A stretch of DNA of 64,000 nt from an uncultured Pelagibacteraceae bacterium. GTDB taxonomy: Bacteria; Pseudomonadota; Alphaproteobacteria; Pelagibacterales; Pelagibacteraceae. The position numbers and the translations under genes are program-made. Below the pieces are notes generated by a model. The model was not told the origin of the DNA. It worked only from the letters and a program-made list of their open reading frames with translations, and did not search any database. The DNA is taken from positions 54,443 through 118,442 of the forward strand of contig CABYQM010000004.1 of NCBI GenBank assembly GCA_902521075.1. Direction: 5' to 3'. How positions within the stretch are numbered: the stretch's first letter is position 1; each line of letters begins with the position of its first letter. Of this stretch, positions 42,460 to 55,865 are shown in pieces.

Positions 42460-44415
42460 ATGAAATATCCAGTTTTGTTGCCAAATATCTTTGATTATCC
42501 TTTTACATATGAAAGTGATATTAAATTAAAAGCAGGAGATTATGTAAAAGTTCCATTTGGTAAGAAAAATATTATTGGTGTAATTTGGGATTTTTTTGAA
42601 GAAAAGAATAATAAGGAATTTAAATTAAAATCTATAATTGAAAAAATAGAAATTGAACCGCTAAGTAAAAAGACAATGAATTTTCTAAAGTGGTTTTCCA
42701 ATTACAATATTGTACCCCTAGGAATGTGTTTAAAACTGCATTTGATTAATGACGAAAATTTAAAAATAAAAAATGACAAAGATTTATTAAAATATGCTCT
42801 ATCAAATGAAAAAGAAAGCTATCAACTTTCTGAAGAGCAAGATAAAGCCTATAAAGATTTGTCCAAAAATGATACCAGTTTTAGAGTTCATTTACTTCAA
42901 GGTACAACCGGGTCAGGAAAAACAATAGTTTATTTTAAAGCTATTGAAAAAATTATAAATATAGGATTGCAAGCTCTAATTTTATTACCAGAAATAGGAC
43001 TAACAAATGAGTTTGAAAAAAAATTTAAATCTTATTTTGGATTTGAAGCTGCAGTTTGGCATTCAAAAGTCAGCCCAAAAAAAAGAAAAACTATATGGAA
43101 TGGATTATCAGCAGGAAAAATTAAAGTAGTACTCGGAGCAAGATCATCCTTATTTCTGCCATTCAAAAAATTAGGTTTGATAACTGTAGATGAAGAGCAC
43201 GATCAATCTTATAAACAAGATGAAGGAATTATCTATAATGCTAGAGATATGGCAATATCAAGAGCTAAACACGAAAACATTCCAATAAATTTAGTAACTG
43301 CAGTTCCATCAATCGAAACATATGAAAATATTAAAATTAAAAAATATAATTACTCAAGATTACTTAATCGATATAAAGGTGCAAATTTACCCAAACACCA
43401 TGTTATCGATCTTTATCAAAATCAACTAGCGACCAAAAGTTCTATATCTCTTAAAACTCTTGAAAAAGTAAAAGAACATTTAAATAAAAAAGATCAAGTT
43501 CTCTTTTTCATAAATAGAAGAGGTTTTGCACCCTATGTGTTATGTAAAAAATGTTTAAATGTTTTTACATGCCCAAGGTGTTCTATAAATTTAGTATTTC
43601 ACAAAAATAAAAAAATTCTTTTGTGTCATTACTGTGGATATAATTCAAAATTAAATAGAGATTGTAAAAAAGGAAATGTTTGTGAGTTTGTATTTAGTGG
43701 ACCTGGGGTAGAAAAAATTGCAGAGGAAGTTAAAAACCTCTTTCCTAATAAAAAAACAATAATTTTTTCTAGCGACACAATGAATAAAGCATCTGGCAAA
43801 GATAAATTGAATAAAATTATATCTGGTGAAATAGATATTCTTGTAGGTACTCAATTAATATCAAAAGGATTTCACTTTCCAAAATTGAATTGTATTGTTG
43901 TATTAGATATTGATTTAACTTCTCAAGGACATGATCTTAGGAGCACTGAAAAAAATTTACAACTTTACCACCAGTTATCAGGAAGAGCAGGTAGAACCGG
44001 CAAACCAGCTAATATTTATTTCCAAACATACAATTTAAAACCAGAAGTTATAAATCAAATTACAAATGAAGATCCTTTTAAATTTCTAGAAAATGAATTA
44101 AATTTAAGAAAGAGGAATAATTTACCGCCCTACGAAAGATTTATCGCTTTAATCTTATCTTCATCAAATGAAAAAAAACTTGATATAGATGCCGTAAAAC
44201 TTAAAAATATTTTATCAAAGTCTATAGATGCAAAAATTTTAGGACCAGTAAATGCTCCAATATATAGAATCAATCAAAAATTCAGAAATAGACTATTAAT
44301 AAGGGCAAAAAAAACATCTAGTGTTCAGAAAAAATTGAAAGATGTATTGAAAGATTTTCAACTCTCCAAAGGAATGAAACTTTCAGTTGATGTTGACCCT
44401 ATCAGCTTCAATTAG
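42460..44415 (+). CDS. priA: Primosomal protein N' (PriA)
   Basis: GTTGSGKT, VDEEHD, Cys-rich zinc region, KGFHFP, GRAGR, VDVDP. Confidence 0.96.
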   Translation: MKYPVLLPNIFDYPFTYESDIKLKAGDYVKVPFGKKNIIGVIWDFFEEKNNKEFKLKSIIEKIEIEPLSKKTMNFLKWFSNYNIVPLGMCLKLHLINDENLKIKNDKDLLKYALSNEKESYQLSEEQDKAYKDLSKNDTSFRVHLLQGTTGSGKTIVYFKAIEKIINIGLQALILLPEIGLTNEFEKKFKSYFGFEAAVWHSKVSPKKRKTIWNGLSAGKIKVVLGARSSLFLPFKKLGLITVDEEHDQSYKQDEGIIYNARDMAISRAKHENIPINLVTAVPSIETYENIKIKKYNYSRLLNRYKGANLPKHHVIDLYQNQLATKSSISLKTLEKVKEHLNKKDQVLFFINRRGFAPYVLCKKCLNVFTCPRCSINLVFHKNKKILLCHYCGYNSKLNRDCKKGNVCEFVFSGPGVEKIAEEVKNLFPNKKTIIFSSDTMNKASGKDKLNKIISGEIDILVGTQLISKGFHFPKLNCIVVLDIDLTSQGHDLRSTEKNLQLYHQLSGRAGRTGKPANIYFQTYNLKPEVINQITNEDPFKFLENELNLRKRNNLPPYERFIALILSSSNEKKLDIDAVKLKNILSKSIDAKILGPVNAPIYRINQKFRNRLLIRAKKTSSVQKKLKDVLKDFQLSKGMKLSVDVDPISFN

Positions 44416-44450
44416 CCCATTAAATCTTACCATTTTTCACAATCTGAGCC

Positions 44451-44479
44451 TTGAAGACTGATAATTCGTATGTTATCTA
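44451..44479 (+). promoter_or_regulatory. Putative promoter of the atpHAGDC operon
   Basis: TTGAAG-17-TATCTA in the 100-bp priA/atpH gap. Confidence 0.4.
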
Positions 44480-44517
44480 AGCGAAATTTTAAACATCTTC
44501 ACAATTGAGAGTATAAA

Positions 44518-45072
44518 TTGAGCGAAAATAAAATATCAATAACTTCTAATAACAGTTATGCTCAAGCATTATTTGAGCTGGCTAACGAAGATAAATCTCT
44601 AACAAAAGTAGAGGAACAAGTCGTTGCAATTAGTAGACTCATAAATGAAAGTGAAGAATTTAGATATTTAATCAAAAACCCTACGACTAGCATTGAGGAT
44701 TTAACTAAAGTTATTGAAACAATTTCTGAAAAAAACAATTTTGATAATCTTTTAAAAAGATTTTTAGTTTTTTTAATTCAAAAAAGAAGATTTTTTTATT
44801 TAGAAAAAATTTTAAGTGATTTTATAGAGGTATGTTCGAAAGCTAGAGGTGAAATAAAAGCAGAGCTTCTTTCAGCTAAAGAACTTAATGAAACAGATAT
44901 TTCTAAAATTAAAGAAGAGCTATCTAAAAACTTTGGAGCAAAGATACAGTTAAATTATAAATTTGACCCAAGTTTAATTGGTGGCTTGGTATTAAAAGTA
45001 GGAAGTACAATGGTAGATAATTCTATTAAAAATAAACTGCAACAAATTCAAAAACAAATGATAGAGGCATAA
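44518..45072 (+). CDS. atpH: ATP synthase F1 delta subunit (TTG start)
   Basis: YAQALFELA, DPSLIGG..KVGSTMVDNS. Confidence 0.95.
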   Translation: MSENKISITSNNSYAQALFELANEDKSLTKVEEQVVAISRLINESEEFRYLIKNPTTSIEDLTKVIETISEKNNFDNLLKRFLVFLIQKRRFFYLEKILSDFIEVCSKARGEIKAELLSAKELNETDISKIKEELSKNFGAKIQLNYKFDPSLIGGLVLKVGSTMVDNSIKNKLQQIQKQMIEA

Positions 45073-46593
45073 ATGGAAATAAATCCTTCAGAAGTAACAA
45101 AAATATTGAAAGAACAGATAAAAAAACTTGGCGATAGAGCTGAGGTTTCAGAGGTCGGACAAGTATTGTCTGTTGGAGATGGAATTGCAAGAATTTATGG
45201 CTTGGATAATGTTCAAGCAGGAGAAATGGTTGAGTTTTCTGATGGCTCTAAAGGAATGGCATTAAACTTAGAGAGTGACAACGTTGGTGTTGTTATATTT
45301 GGTGATGATAGAGAAATTAAAGAGGGTGATACTGTAAAAAGAACTGGTGCGATTGTTGATGTACCAGTTGGAAAACAACTTTTAGGAAGAGTTGTTGATG
45401 GATTAGGAAATCCAATTGATGGAAAAGGAGCTTTAGATAAAAGTTTAGAAAGAAAAAGAGTTGAAGTTAAAGCTCCAGGAATTATTCCACGACAATCAGT
45501 TGGAGAACCAATGCAAACAGGTTTAAAAGCAATTGATAGCTTAATTCCTGTTGGAAGAGGGCAAAGAGAACTTATAATTGGAGATCGTCAAACTGGTAAA
45601 ACCGCAGTAGCTATCGATACAATTATCAATCAAAAGAAAATTAATGAGTCAGACGATGAAAGTAAAAAACTTTATTGTATATATGTTGCAATTGGACAAA
45701 AAAGATCAACTGTTGCTCAGATTGTAAAAACTTTAGAGGATGCTGGTGCAATGGAATATACGACTATAGTTTCCGCAACAGCCTCAGACTCTGCGCCTCT
45801 TCAGTTTTTAGCTCCTTACACAGGATGTACTATGGGAGAATATTTTAGAGATAATGGAATGCATGCTTTAATTATTTACGATGATTTATCTAAGCAAGCA
45901 GTCGCATATAGACAAATGTCATTATTATTAAGAAGACCACCGGGGCGTGAAGCATACCCAGGAGATGTGTTTTATTTACATAGTAGATTATTAGAAAGAG
46001 CTGCTAAATTAAGTGATGAAAATGGCGGAGGTTCTTTAACTGCGCTACCAATTATTGAAACACAAGCAGGCGATGTCTCTGCATACATTCCAACAAATGT
46101 AATATCTATTACAGATGGGCAAATATTTTTAGAAACTGAACTATTCAATCAAGGAATTAGACCAGCAGTAAACGTTGGATTATCCGTATCTAGAGTTGGA
46201 TCAGCTGCACAAACTAAAGCTATGAAATCTGTGGCTGGATCAATTAAATTAGAGTTAGCTCAATACAGAGAAATGGCAGCTTTTGCTCAATTTGGATCTG
46301 ATTTAGACGCATCTACACAAAAACTTTTAAATAGAGGTTCGAAGTTAACTGAACTTTTAAAACAAGGACAGTATTCTCCCATGACAGTTGCAGAACAAGT
46401 TATATCAATTTTCTGTGGAGTAAAAGGTTATTTGGATGATATTGAACTTAAAGATGTAGCAGACTTTGAAAATAAAGTTCTACAAAAGTGTAAATCTGAT
46501 AAGCCTGAGATTATGGAGTCTATTGCCAAAACTGGGAAGATTGAGGAAGGCATTGAAAAACAATTAGTAGAATTAATTAAAGGAATTAAATAA
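45073..46593 (+). CDS. atpA: ATP synthase F1 alpha subunit
   Basis: [23 protein letters not shown]. Confidence 0.98.
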   Translation: MEINPSEVTKILKEQIKKLGDRAEVSEVGQVLSVGDGIARIYGLDNVQAGEMVEFSDGSKGMALNLESDNVGVVIFGDDREIKEGDTVKRTGAIVDVPVGKQLLGRVVDGLGNPIDGKGALDKSLERKRVEVKAPGIIPRQSVGEPMQTGLKAIDSLIPVGRGQRELIIGDRQTGKTAVAIDTIINQKKINESDDESKKLYCIYVAIGQKRSTVAQIVKTLEDAGAMEYTTIVSATASDSAPLQFLAPYTGCTMGEYFRDNGMHALIIYDDLSKQAVAYRQMSLLLRRPPGREAYPGDVFYLHSRLLERAAKLSDENGGGSLTALPIIETQAGDVSAYIPTNVISITDGQIFLETELFNQGIRPAVNVGLSVSRVGSAAQTKAMKSVAGSIKLELAQYREMAAFAQFGSDLDASTQKLLNRGSKLTELLKQGQYSPMTVAEQVISIFCGVKGYLDDIELKDVADFENKVLQKCKSDKPEIMESIAKTGKIEEGIEKQLVELIKGIK

Positions 46594-46599
46594 TCATAA

Positions 46600-48904
<2,305 letters not shown>

Positions 48905-48905
<1 letters not shown>

Positions 48906-49303
48906 TGAGTAATCTTTTTAATATAGATATTGTTAATCCAGAACAATCTTTTCTTTCTAAAGACAATGTATTTGAGGTTGTAATACCTGCTGTAGAAGGA
49001 GAGATTGGTATTCTTAAAGACCATATTCCAATTATCTCTTTTTTAAAACCAGGTATAATTAGAGTATTCTCTGAGTCTGAGGAACAAAGTTTCTATGTTG
49101 AAGATGGTATTGTCGAATTTAAAGACAATACATTATCTGTATTAACTAGTTCAATTTTTGATTTAAAAAATGCTGATAAAAATTTTGTATCTGAGTCGAT
49201 AAGCAGTGCTGAAGCAGAATTATCAAAAGATAATATTGATGATCAAAAAAGATTTCTTTTAAACCACAAAGTCGAAGTTCTAAAATCTATAAGTATTAAT
49301 TAA
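48905..49303 (+). CDS. atpC: ATP synthase F1 epsilon subunit
   Basis: GEIGILKDH.P; position after atpD. Confidence 0.93.
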
Positions 49304-49772
49304 CTACTTTTTCTAGTTCTTTTTGAATTTCTTGATAAACATGAAGTTTGAAATCTACAACTTTAGTTGTTAAATCTTTAATATCTATCCATTTCCAATC
49401 TAAAAATTCAGGATATTTAGTTTTAATGTTAATCTCATTTTCCTCTCCATTAAATTTTACAATAAACCACTTTTGCTTTTGGCCTTTATATTTTCCTTTC
49501 CAAATAATTCCTAAAAGGCGATCAGGAAGATCGTAAGTTGTGTATTTGCTTATTTCTTTAACTAGTTCTACTGACTTTATGCTTGTTTCTTCTTTAAGTT
49601 CCCTCAACGCTGCATCAAAATAATTTTCACCTTCATCAATACCGCCCTGAGGCATCTGCCAAAAATCAGCAGGATTATCAATTCTTTTTGCAACAAATAT
49701 CTTATTTTCTTTATTTAGGACTGCGATACCAACACCATTTCTTAGTGGAAGTTTTTGAAATTTTTCTTTCAT
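49296..49772 (-). CDS. rppH: RNA pyrophosphohydrolase (Nudix)
   Basis: WQMPQGGID, AALRELKEET, GQKQKWF. Confidence 0.95.
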   Translation of the reverse strand: MKEKFQKLPLRNGVGIAVLNKENKIFVAKRIDNPADFWQMPQGGIDEGENYFDAALRELKEETSIKSVELVKEISKYTTYDLPDRLLGIIWKGKYKGQKQKWFIVKFNGEENEINIKTKYPEFLDWKWIDIKDLTTKVVDFKLHVYQEIQKELEKVVN

Positions 49773-49774
49773 TC

Positions 49775-50908
49775 TTAACCATTTAATAATTTAAGAGCAA
49801 ATTCCAACTGGTTATCAGTATCTGTATTTATTCTAAATTCATCTGAACCTTCAGCAATAACTATATCTGGATTTACACCTACTCTTGAAATCGATTTACC
49901 CGATGGGAGATAGTATTTAGAAACAGTAAGTCTTATGGCACCTTCATTTTCTAAAGGAATAATTGATTGGACTGACCCTTTTCCATATGTACTCTCTCCT
50001 ACTAATATCGCTCTTTTGTGATCTTGTAGTGCTCCTGCAACAATTTCAGATGCTGATGCAGACCCATAATTAATCAAAATAACCATCGTTTCTCCATCAA
50101 TAATGTCTCCTTTTTTTGCAAACCATTTTCTATTTTCATACTTCCTTTTACTTTTTGTAGAAACAATTTCTCCATTTTCTAAAAAATAATCTGAAATTTT
50201 TATTGCTTGAGATAACAATCCACCAGGATTATTTCTTAAATCTAATATGTAATTTTTAATTTTCTTATTTTTCTTAAATTCTTTGATTTTATTTCTTATT
50301 TGTTTACTACTATTCTCATTGAATGATGTTAATCTTATATAAGCTGTTTGATCATCTTTAATTTCTGACTTTACAGATGCAACTTGTATAATTTCTCTTG
50401 TAATTGTAAATATAAGTGCTTTTCTTTCTCCCCTTCTTCTAACAGTAATCTCTATATCAGATCCAACTGGACCTCTCATTAATTCTACAGCTTCAGAAAG
50501 AGTTTTTCCTTGAACTTGAACATCATCAATTTTAACGATGTAATCTCCGGCTTTGACACCAACCTCCTCAGCTGGCGAGTTATCAATTGGAGAAATTACT
50601 TTTACGACACCAGCCTCCATACTGACTTCAATGCCCAATCCTCCAAATTCTCCGCTAGTCTCAGTTTGCATATTTTTAAACGAGTCCGGAGACATATATG
50701 CTGAATAAGGATCCAAAGATTGTAAAACGCCGTTTATAGCAGCATCCATTGCTTCACTCTGGTTTACTTCATCAACATATTCTTTATTAATTTTATCTAA
50801 GACTTCGCTGAATAAATCAATTTTTTTGTAAATATCGTTTTCATTACTCAAAATTGGATTTGTAAATATGAAAAAAAATAATGAAGCTATAAAGTATACT
50901 TTTTTCAT
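49775..50908 (-). CDS. ctpA: S41 C-terminal processing protease
   Basis: LDPYS, PDZ GGLGI, LDLRNNPGG, SASASEI, GKGSVQ. Confidence 0.93.
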   Translation of the reverse strand: MKKVYFIASLFFFIFTNPILSNENDIYKKIDLFSEVLDKINKEYVDEVNQSEAMDAAINGVLQSLDPYSAYMSPDSFKNMQTETSGEFGGLGIEVSMEAGVVKVISPIDNSPAEEVGVKAGDYIVKIDDVQVQGKTLSEAVELMRGPVGSDIEITVRRRGERKALIFTITREIIQVASVKSEIKDDQTAYIRLTSFNENSSKQIRNKIKEFKKNKKIKNYILDLRNNPGGLLSQAIKISDYFLENGEIVSTKSKRKYENRKWFAKKGDIIDGETMVILINYGSASASEIVAGALQDHKRAILVGESTYGKGSVQSIIPLENEGAIRLTVSKYYLPSGKSISRVGVNPDIVIAEGSDEFRINTDTDNQLEFALKLLNG

Positions 50909-51255
50909 ATGATCAGTTTTTCTTTAGGAATTAATTCTGACCACATTTTTTCTAATTCGTAAAATTTTCTTTTTTCAGGATTGAAAATATGAACTATTAA
51001 GTCTATTCCATCTACAAGCTTCCAATCATTGCTATCCTTTCCTTCAATTTTACAATTATTCACACCATTAATTTTTAATTTTTCAAAAACTTGTTCAGAT
51101 AAAGCTTGAATATGTCTTGATGATGTACCACTAGCTATAATCATGAAGTCCGCAACTGATGACTTTCCTTCGAGATCTATTGAAACTATGTCTAAGGCTT
51201 TATTAATATCAAGCGTTTTGATTATTTCATCTTTAAGAGCTGATATTTTTTCCAT
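50905..51255 (-). CDS. rsfS: Ribosome silencing factor RsfS (Iojap)
   Basis: IASGTSSRH, WKLVD, VHIF, RKFYELEKMW. Confidence 0.95.
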   Translation of the reverse strand: MEKISALKDEIIKTLDINKALDIVSIDLEGKSSVADFMIIASGTSSRHIQALSEQVFEKLKINGVNNCKIEGKDSNDWKLVDGIDLIVHIFNPEKRKFYELEKMWSELIPKEKLII

Positions 51256-51272
51256 TAATTAAATTTAGAGTA

Positions 51273-51815
51273 TCAAATTTTTCTTAATTGAGAAGATGAA
51301 ATATTGACTTTATTAAACTTTATAAATTCAACTGCTTTTTTATTATATTTCTTAAATGATTTAGATCTAAAAGCCTTTGATTTGTATCCATTTCGATCAA
51401 ATACCAATATTTTGCACATTTTAGTTATTGAATTGTACCCTTTCCATTTATGAAAATTTATTAGGTTATCTGCCCCCATTAAAAAAAATATTTCTGAATG
51501 TTTAAATTTTTTTTTCAAATATTTGATTAAATCTACTGTACGATTAGATTTTATTATTTCTTCAAAACATTTAACTTTTATAAATTTATTATTTTTATTA
51601 ATTTTTTTTGCATAAGCTGTTCTTTTATATAGATCATTTGGATTATTTTTTTTAAATGGATTTTGTTTTGTTATAGCCCATATAACTTGGCTCAAATCAT
51701 AATTTTTTTTTGCTAATTTAGAAATTCTTACATGACCAACATGCGCTGGATCAAACGATCCACCGAGTACACCAATCTTTTTATTTTCTAATTTGCCCTG
51801 AACCATAAACTTCAT
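51273..51815 (-). CDS. nadD: Nicotinate-nucleotide adenylyltransferase (exact start uncertain)
   Basis: GGSFDPAHVGH, MGADN, ISSSQLR. Confidence 0.92.
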   Translation of the reverse strand: MKFMVQGKLENKKIGVLGGSFDPAHVGHVRISKLAKKNYDLSQVIWAITKQNPFKKNNPNDLYKRTAYAKKINKNNKFIKVKCFEEIIKSNRTVDLIKYLKKKFKHSEIFFLMGADNLINFHKWKGYNSITKMCKILVFDRNGYKSKAFRSKSFKKYNKKAVEFIKFNKVNISSSQLRKI

Positions 51816-53028
51816 ATTTATAACTTACTAACTGATTTAGACCGACAGGACCTCTTGGTGGCAAGGTGTTTGTTGAAATTCCAACCTCTCCACCAAAACC
51901 AAATTCTCCTCCGTCAGCAAATTGTGTTGATGAATTTTGAATAGCAATAGAGCTTTTTACATTTTTAATAAAGAATTTTGCTGTATTTTTGTTTTTGGTT
52001 ACTATTGCATCTGTATGCATAGTTCCATATTTGTTGATATGGGCAACTGCTTCTTTGACATTATTCACTAATTTAACTGAAATAATCGGTGAAAGATGTT
52101 CTTTTGACCAAGTTTTATTATTTGCAGGATATGTTTTGCCTTTAAATAATTTACTTATTTTTTTATCAGCTAAAATTTTACAACCCCTTTTAGCTAGTGA
52201 ATTTAAAATTAAATTTACTGATTTTGATTTACTTTTATGTATTAAGAGAGTTTCAGTTGCACCACATATACTAGTATTTCTCAACTTAGCATTTAATACT
52301 ATTTTGTTTGCCATATTATCTTCTGCTTCTTTATCAATATATGTATGACAAATTCCTTCCAAATGACCAATAACTGGCACCTTTGAAAGTTGTTTAACTT
52401 TTTTTACTAAATTTTTTCCGCCTCGTGGTATTACAACATCAATGGAGTTTTCCATTTTTGATAATAAATAATCTACGAGTTTTCTGCTTTTATTGTTTAT
52501 AAATTGGACGTAATTTTCGTTTACTTTATTTTTTTTTAGAGCTTTCCTAAATAAATTTACTAAAATTTTATTACTATTGTAGGCTTCGGAACCACCTCTT
52601 AATATAACAGCATTTCCAGATTTAAAACATAGTGCTGATACATCCGATGTAACATTGGGTCTACTCTCAAATATTACACCTATAACTCCTATTGGTATTG
52701 TAACCCTTCTAATTTGAAGTCCATTTGGCCTTTTCCATTTGGAAGTTACTTGATCTATAGGATCTTTAAAAGAAGTAATAGTTTTAACAGAGTCAATTAT
52801 ACTTTTTAATTTATTATTACTAAGAGTGAGTCTTTGAATTAAGTTTTCTTTTAATTTTTTTCCTCTTGCATAAAAAATATCTTTCTTATTTTCGCTAATA
52901 ATTTTATTCTTATTAATCTCAATTAATTTTACAAAATCTTTTAAAACTTTATTCTTTTTTTTTGGACTAATACTTGAATTCAAAGCTTTTCTAGAATTCA
53001 ATCCAATTTTTTTAAGTAGTTTACTCAT
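51781..53028 (-). CDS. proA: Gamma-glutamyl phosphate reductase
   Basis: FESRPNVT, IPRGG, CGATET, STQFADGGEFG, RGPVGL. Confidence 0.96.
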   Translation of the reverse strand: MSKLLKKIGLNSRKALNSSISPKKKNKVLKDFVKLIEINKNKIISENKKDIFYARGKKLKENLIQRLTLSNNKLKSIIDSVKTITSFKDPIDQVTSKWKRPNGLQIRRVTIPIGVIGVIFESRPNVTSDVSALCFKSGNAVILRGGSEAYNSNKILVNLFRKALKKNKVNENYVQFINNKSRKLVDYLLSKMENSIDVVIPRGGKNLVKKVKQLSKVPVIGHLEGICHTYIDKEAEDNMANKIVLNAKLRNTSICGATETLLIHKSKSKSVNLILNSLAKRGCKILADKKISKLFKGKTYPANNKTWSKEHLSPIISVKLVNNVKEAVAHINKYGTMHTDAIVTKNKNTAKFFIKNVKSSIAIQNSSTQFADGGEFGFGGEVGISTNTLPPRGPVGLNQLVSYKYEVYGSGQIRK

Positions 53029-54134
53029 TAAATTTTAACCATATCATCTTTATGTATAACCTCAGACTTTGTAACATAGCCTAAAAGATTACTAATTTTG
53101 TTAGAATGTTCTCCTTTTATTTTGGATATCTCATCAGATGTAAAACTGCTCAACCCTCTTGCAAATTCTTTGTTATTTTTATCCAAAATTCTAACATGAT
53201 CACCTTTAACAAATTTTCCTGAAACTTTTCTAATACCTGCAGCTAATAAACTTTTTCCATTTTTTAAAGCATTTAAAGCACCATCATCTATAATAATTTC
53301 TCCTTTTGGAGATATAGAGCTAATTATCCATTTTTTTCTTGCATCTAATTTAGATACTTTTGGCAAAAACCATGTCCCAGAATTATGTTCCAGTATATTT
53401 TTAATTGGTCTATTAATTAAACCATTTGCAATAGCCATATAGCAACCCGAGACTTGACATACTTTTGCAGCATCAATTTTCGTTTTCATTCCACCAGTAC
53501 CATACTCACTTGTGCTTTTACTTGAAAAATTTTCAATTTTAGAATCAATATTTTTTATTTCTTTAATCAATTTAGCATTTTTATGAATTTTTGGGTTTTT
53601 AGAATACAATCCATCAACATCAGACAATAATATTAAACAATCTGCACCTGATATTTGTGCAACTCTTGATGCTAATCTGTCATTATCTCCGTATTTAATT
53701 TCAGAAGTTGCAATACTATCATTTTCATTAACAACAGGCACAAAATTAAGCTCAAATAAGTTTTCGAAAGTTCTTTTAGCATTTATAGCTCTTCTTCTTT
53801 GTTCAGTATCTTCTAAAGTAATTAAAATTTGAGAAATATTTATTTTATTTGAGCTAAATGTCTTTTTAAAAAGATTCATTAATTCTATTTGTCCAATTGA
53901 TGCAACAGCTTGGCTTTTATCAAGCTTTAAAGTTTTTTTATTTAATTGTAATTTTTTACACCCTAAAGCAATTGCTCCAGAACTCACTATAACAATGTTT
54001 TTTTTTAGTTTTTGTAACTCTTTAATATCTTTAGCAAATTCCAAAAGCCATTTTTCTCTAATAATTTTATTGTCATTTATTAATAAAGATGAACCTATTT
54101 TTATTACTACAGTTTTGGAGTCCTTAAGATACAT
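53028..54134 (-). CDS. proB: Glutamate 5-kinase with PUA domain
   Basis: KIGSS, VSSGA, NEND, GDNDRL, GTGGMKTK. Confidence 0.96.
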   Translation of the reverse strand: MYLKDSKTVVIKIGSSLLINDNKIIREKWLLEFAKDIKELQKLKKNIVIVSSGAIALGCKKLQLNKKTLKLDKSQAVASIGQIELMNLFKKTFSSNKINISQILITLEDTEQRRRAINAKRTFENLFELNFVPVVNENDSIATSEIKYGDNDRLASRVAQISGADCLILLSDVDGLYSKNPKIHKNAKLIKEIKNIDSKIENFSSKSTSEYGTGGMKTKIDAAKVCQVSGCYMAIANGLINRPIKNILEHNSGTWFLPKVSKLDARKKWIISSISPKGEIIIDDGALNALKNGKSLLAAGIRKVSGKFVKGDHVRILDKNNKEFARGLSSFTSDEISKIKGEHSNKISNLLGYVTKSEVIHKDDMVKI

Positions 54135-55107
54135 AGTTTACCAACTTTGACTTTATATCTGATACTGATTTTTTATCCATTGTTGACATTAAAAAGATAT
54201 TTTTTTTTAATTTATTCTTGAGTTTTTTTATCTTGTCTTTTTTTTCCTCTTCATCAATTAAATCAGTTTTATTTAAAACTACTATTTCTTTTTTTTTAAC
54301 TAAATCTTTACTGTATTTTGATAATTCTTTTCTGACTTGATTGTAAGAAATAAATAAATCATCTTCTGTTATATCTATTAAATGCAGCAAAGTTTTGCAC
54401 CTTTCTATATGTTTTAAAAACTTTATTCCAAGACCAGTTCCGGTATGAGCACCCTCAATTAAGCCTGGTATATCTGCTAAAGTAACTTCTTTGTCATCAT
54501 AACTAGCAACACCAAGATTTGGATTAATTGTAGTAAATTTATAGTTTGCTATTTTTGGATTTGCACTCGTCATTGATGCAAGCAAGCTGGATTTCCCAGC
54601 ATTGGGCAATCCTATGATACCGATATCAGCAATTGTTTTTAGTTGAAGCCAAATCCAAAATTCCTCTCCTTGACCCCCTTTTGTAAATTTCTTTGGGGCT
54701 CTATTGGTTGAGGACTTAAATCTTGTATTTCCAAATCCTCCTTTACCTCCGCTTGCTACTAAAAATTCCTCTTTCTGACTTTTAAAATCATAAATAAGTG
54801 TTTTATTATCTTCTTCAAATACTTGTGTTCCTAAAGGTACTTTTAAATATAAATCTTCGCCACCTTTCCCAGTTTTGTTTTTTCCGCTGCCATCTTTTCC
54901 TCTTTCAGCTTTGAAGTGTTGTTGATACCTGTAATCAATCAAAGTATTAAGATTTCTTTCACTAATAAAAATTACAGATCCTCCTTTCCCTCCATCGCCG
55001 CCATCAGGGCCACCAAACTCTACAAATTTTTCCCTACGAAAACTTGGAGATCCCGACCCTCCGTTGCCAGCTTTTACATATATCTTAACTTGATCTAGAA
55101 ATTTCAT
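54124..55107 (-). CDS. obgE: GTPase Obg
   Basis: GGPDGGDGG, GLPNAGKSS, DIPGLIEG, NKTD. Confidence 0.97.
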   Translation of the reverse strand: MKFLDQVKIYVKAGNGGSGSPSFRREKFVEFGGPDGGDGGKGGSVIFISERNLNTLIDYRYQQHFKAERGKDGSGKNKTGKGGEDLYLKVPLGTQVFEEDNKTLIYDFKSQKEEFLVASGGKGGFGNTRFKSSTNRAPKKFTKGGQGEEFWIWLQLKTIADIGIIGLPNAGKSSLLASMTSANPKIANYKFTTINPNLGVASYDDKEVTLADIPGLIEGAHTGTGLGIKFLKHIERCKTLLHLIDITEDDLFISYNQVRKELSKYSKDLVKKKEIVVLNKTDLIDEEEKKDKIKKLKNKLKKNIFLMSTMDKKSVSDIKSKLVNYVS

Positions 55108-55134
55108 ATAACAACTATGTGAGTGTTGTATCTA

Positions 55135-55389
55135 TTAATTGGGCTTTACAGAAACGTAAGTTCTATCAGATTTTGATTTTTTAAACTCTACTTTACCTTT
55201 AACAACTGAAAATATCGAATGGTCTTTACCCATGCCAACATTTTCTCCAGGAAATATTTTAGTTCCCCTTTGTCTTACAATAATGTTGCCAGGCAAAACC
55301 ATCTCGCCACCATATTTTTTCACACCAAGTCTACGACCTGCACTATCTCTTCCGTTTCTTGACGATCCACCTGCTTTTTTCGTTGCCAT
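55135..55389 (-). CDS. rpmA: 50S ribosomal protein L27
   Basis: [24 protein letters not shown]. Confidence 0.98.
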   Translation of the reverse strand: MATKKAGGSSRNGRDSAGRRLGVKKYGGEMVLPGNIIVRQRGTKIFPGENVGMGKDHSIFSVVKGKVEFKKSKSDRTYVSVKPN

Positions 55390-55399
55390 AAATTACTTT

Positions 55400-55801
55400 T
55401 TATTTAGCTGCTTCCTTAGTTTCAACTGTTTTTTTTGATGGTATTTCTTTTCTTTTTTCTGCTTCAGAAATAACTTTACCATCTTTTGAATAGATTTTAC
55501 TTATTCTTACCATTGTAAATTTTTGTCTATGACCATTTTTTCTTCTCGAATTTTGCCTTCTCCTTTTTTTAAAAATAAGAACTGTTCTGTTTTTTCCATT
55601 TTTTATTAATTCAGCTTCAACTTTAGCTCCACTAATTGTCGGCTCTCCTAACTCTAAATTTTTATCATCTCCGTAAGCTAGTATTTCATTAAACTCTATT
55701 TTTGAATTTTCTTTTGAATCTTCGAGCTTTTCAACTTTGAGAATCTCTCCAGCTTTCACTTTATACTGTTTACCACCTGTTTGAATTACCGCGAATGACA
55801 T
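55400..55801 (-). CDS. rplU: 50S ribosomal protein L21
   Basis: AVIQTGGKQYKV, KNGHRQ. Confidence 0.97.
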   Translation of the reverse strand: MSFAVIQTGGKQYKVKAGEILKVEKLEDSKENSKIEFNEILAYGDDKNLELGEPTISGAKVEAELIKNGKNRTVLIFKKRRRQNSRRKNGHRQKFTMVRISKIYSKDGKVISEAEKRKEIPSKKTVETKEAAK

Positions 55802-55827
55802 AGTTAGCCCTAATTTTTATAGTCAGC

Positions 55828-55855
55828 AATATAGTCTGGGTTGCATCATAGTCAA
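55828..55855 (-). promoter_or_regulatory. Putative sigma70 promoter of rplU-rpmA-obgE
   Basis: Minus strand TTGACT-16-TATATT, about 26 nt before the rplU ATG. Confidence 0.6.
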
Positions 55856-55865
55856 GGTTAATAAC

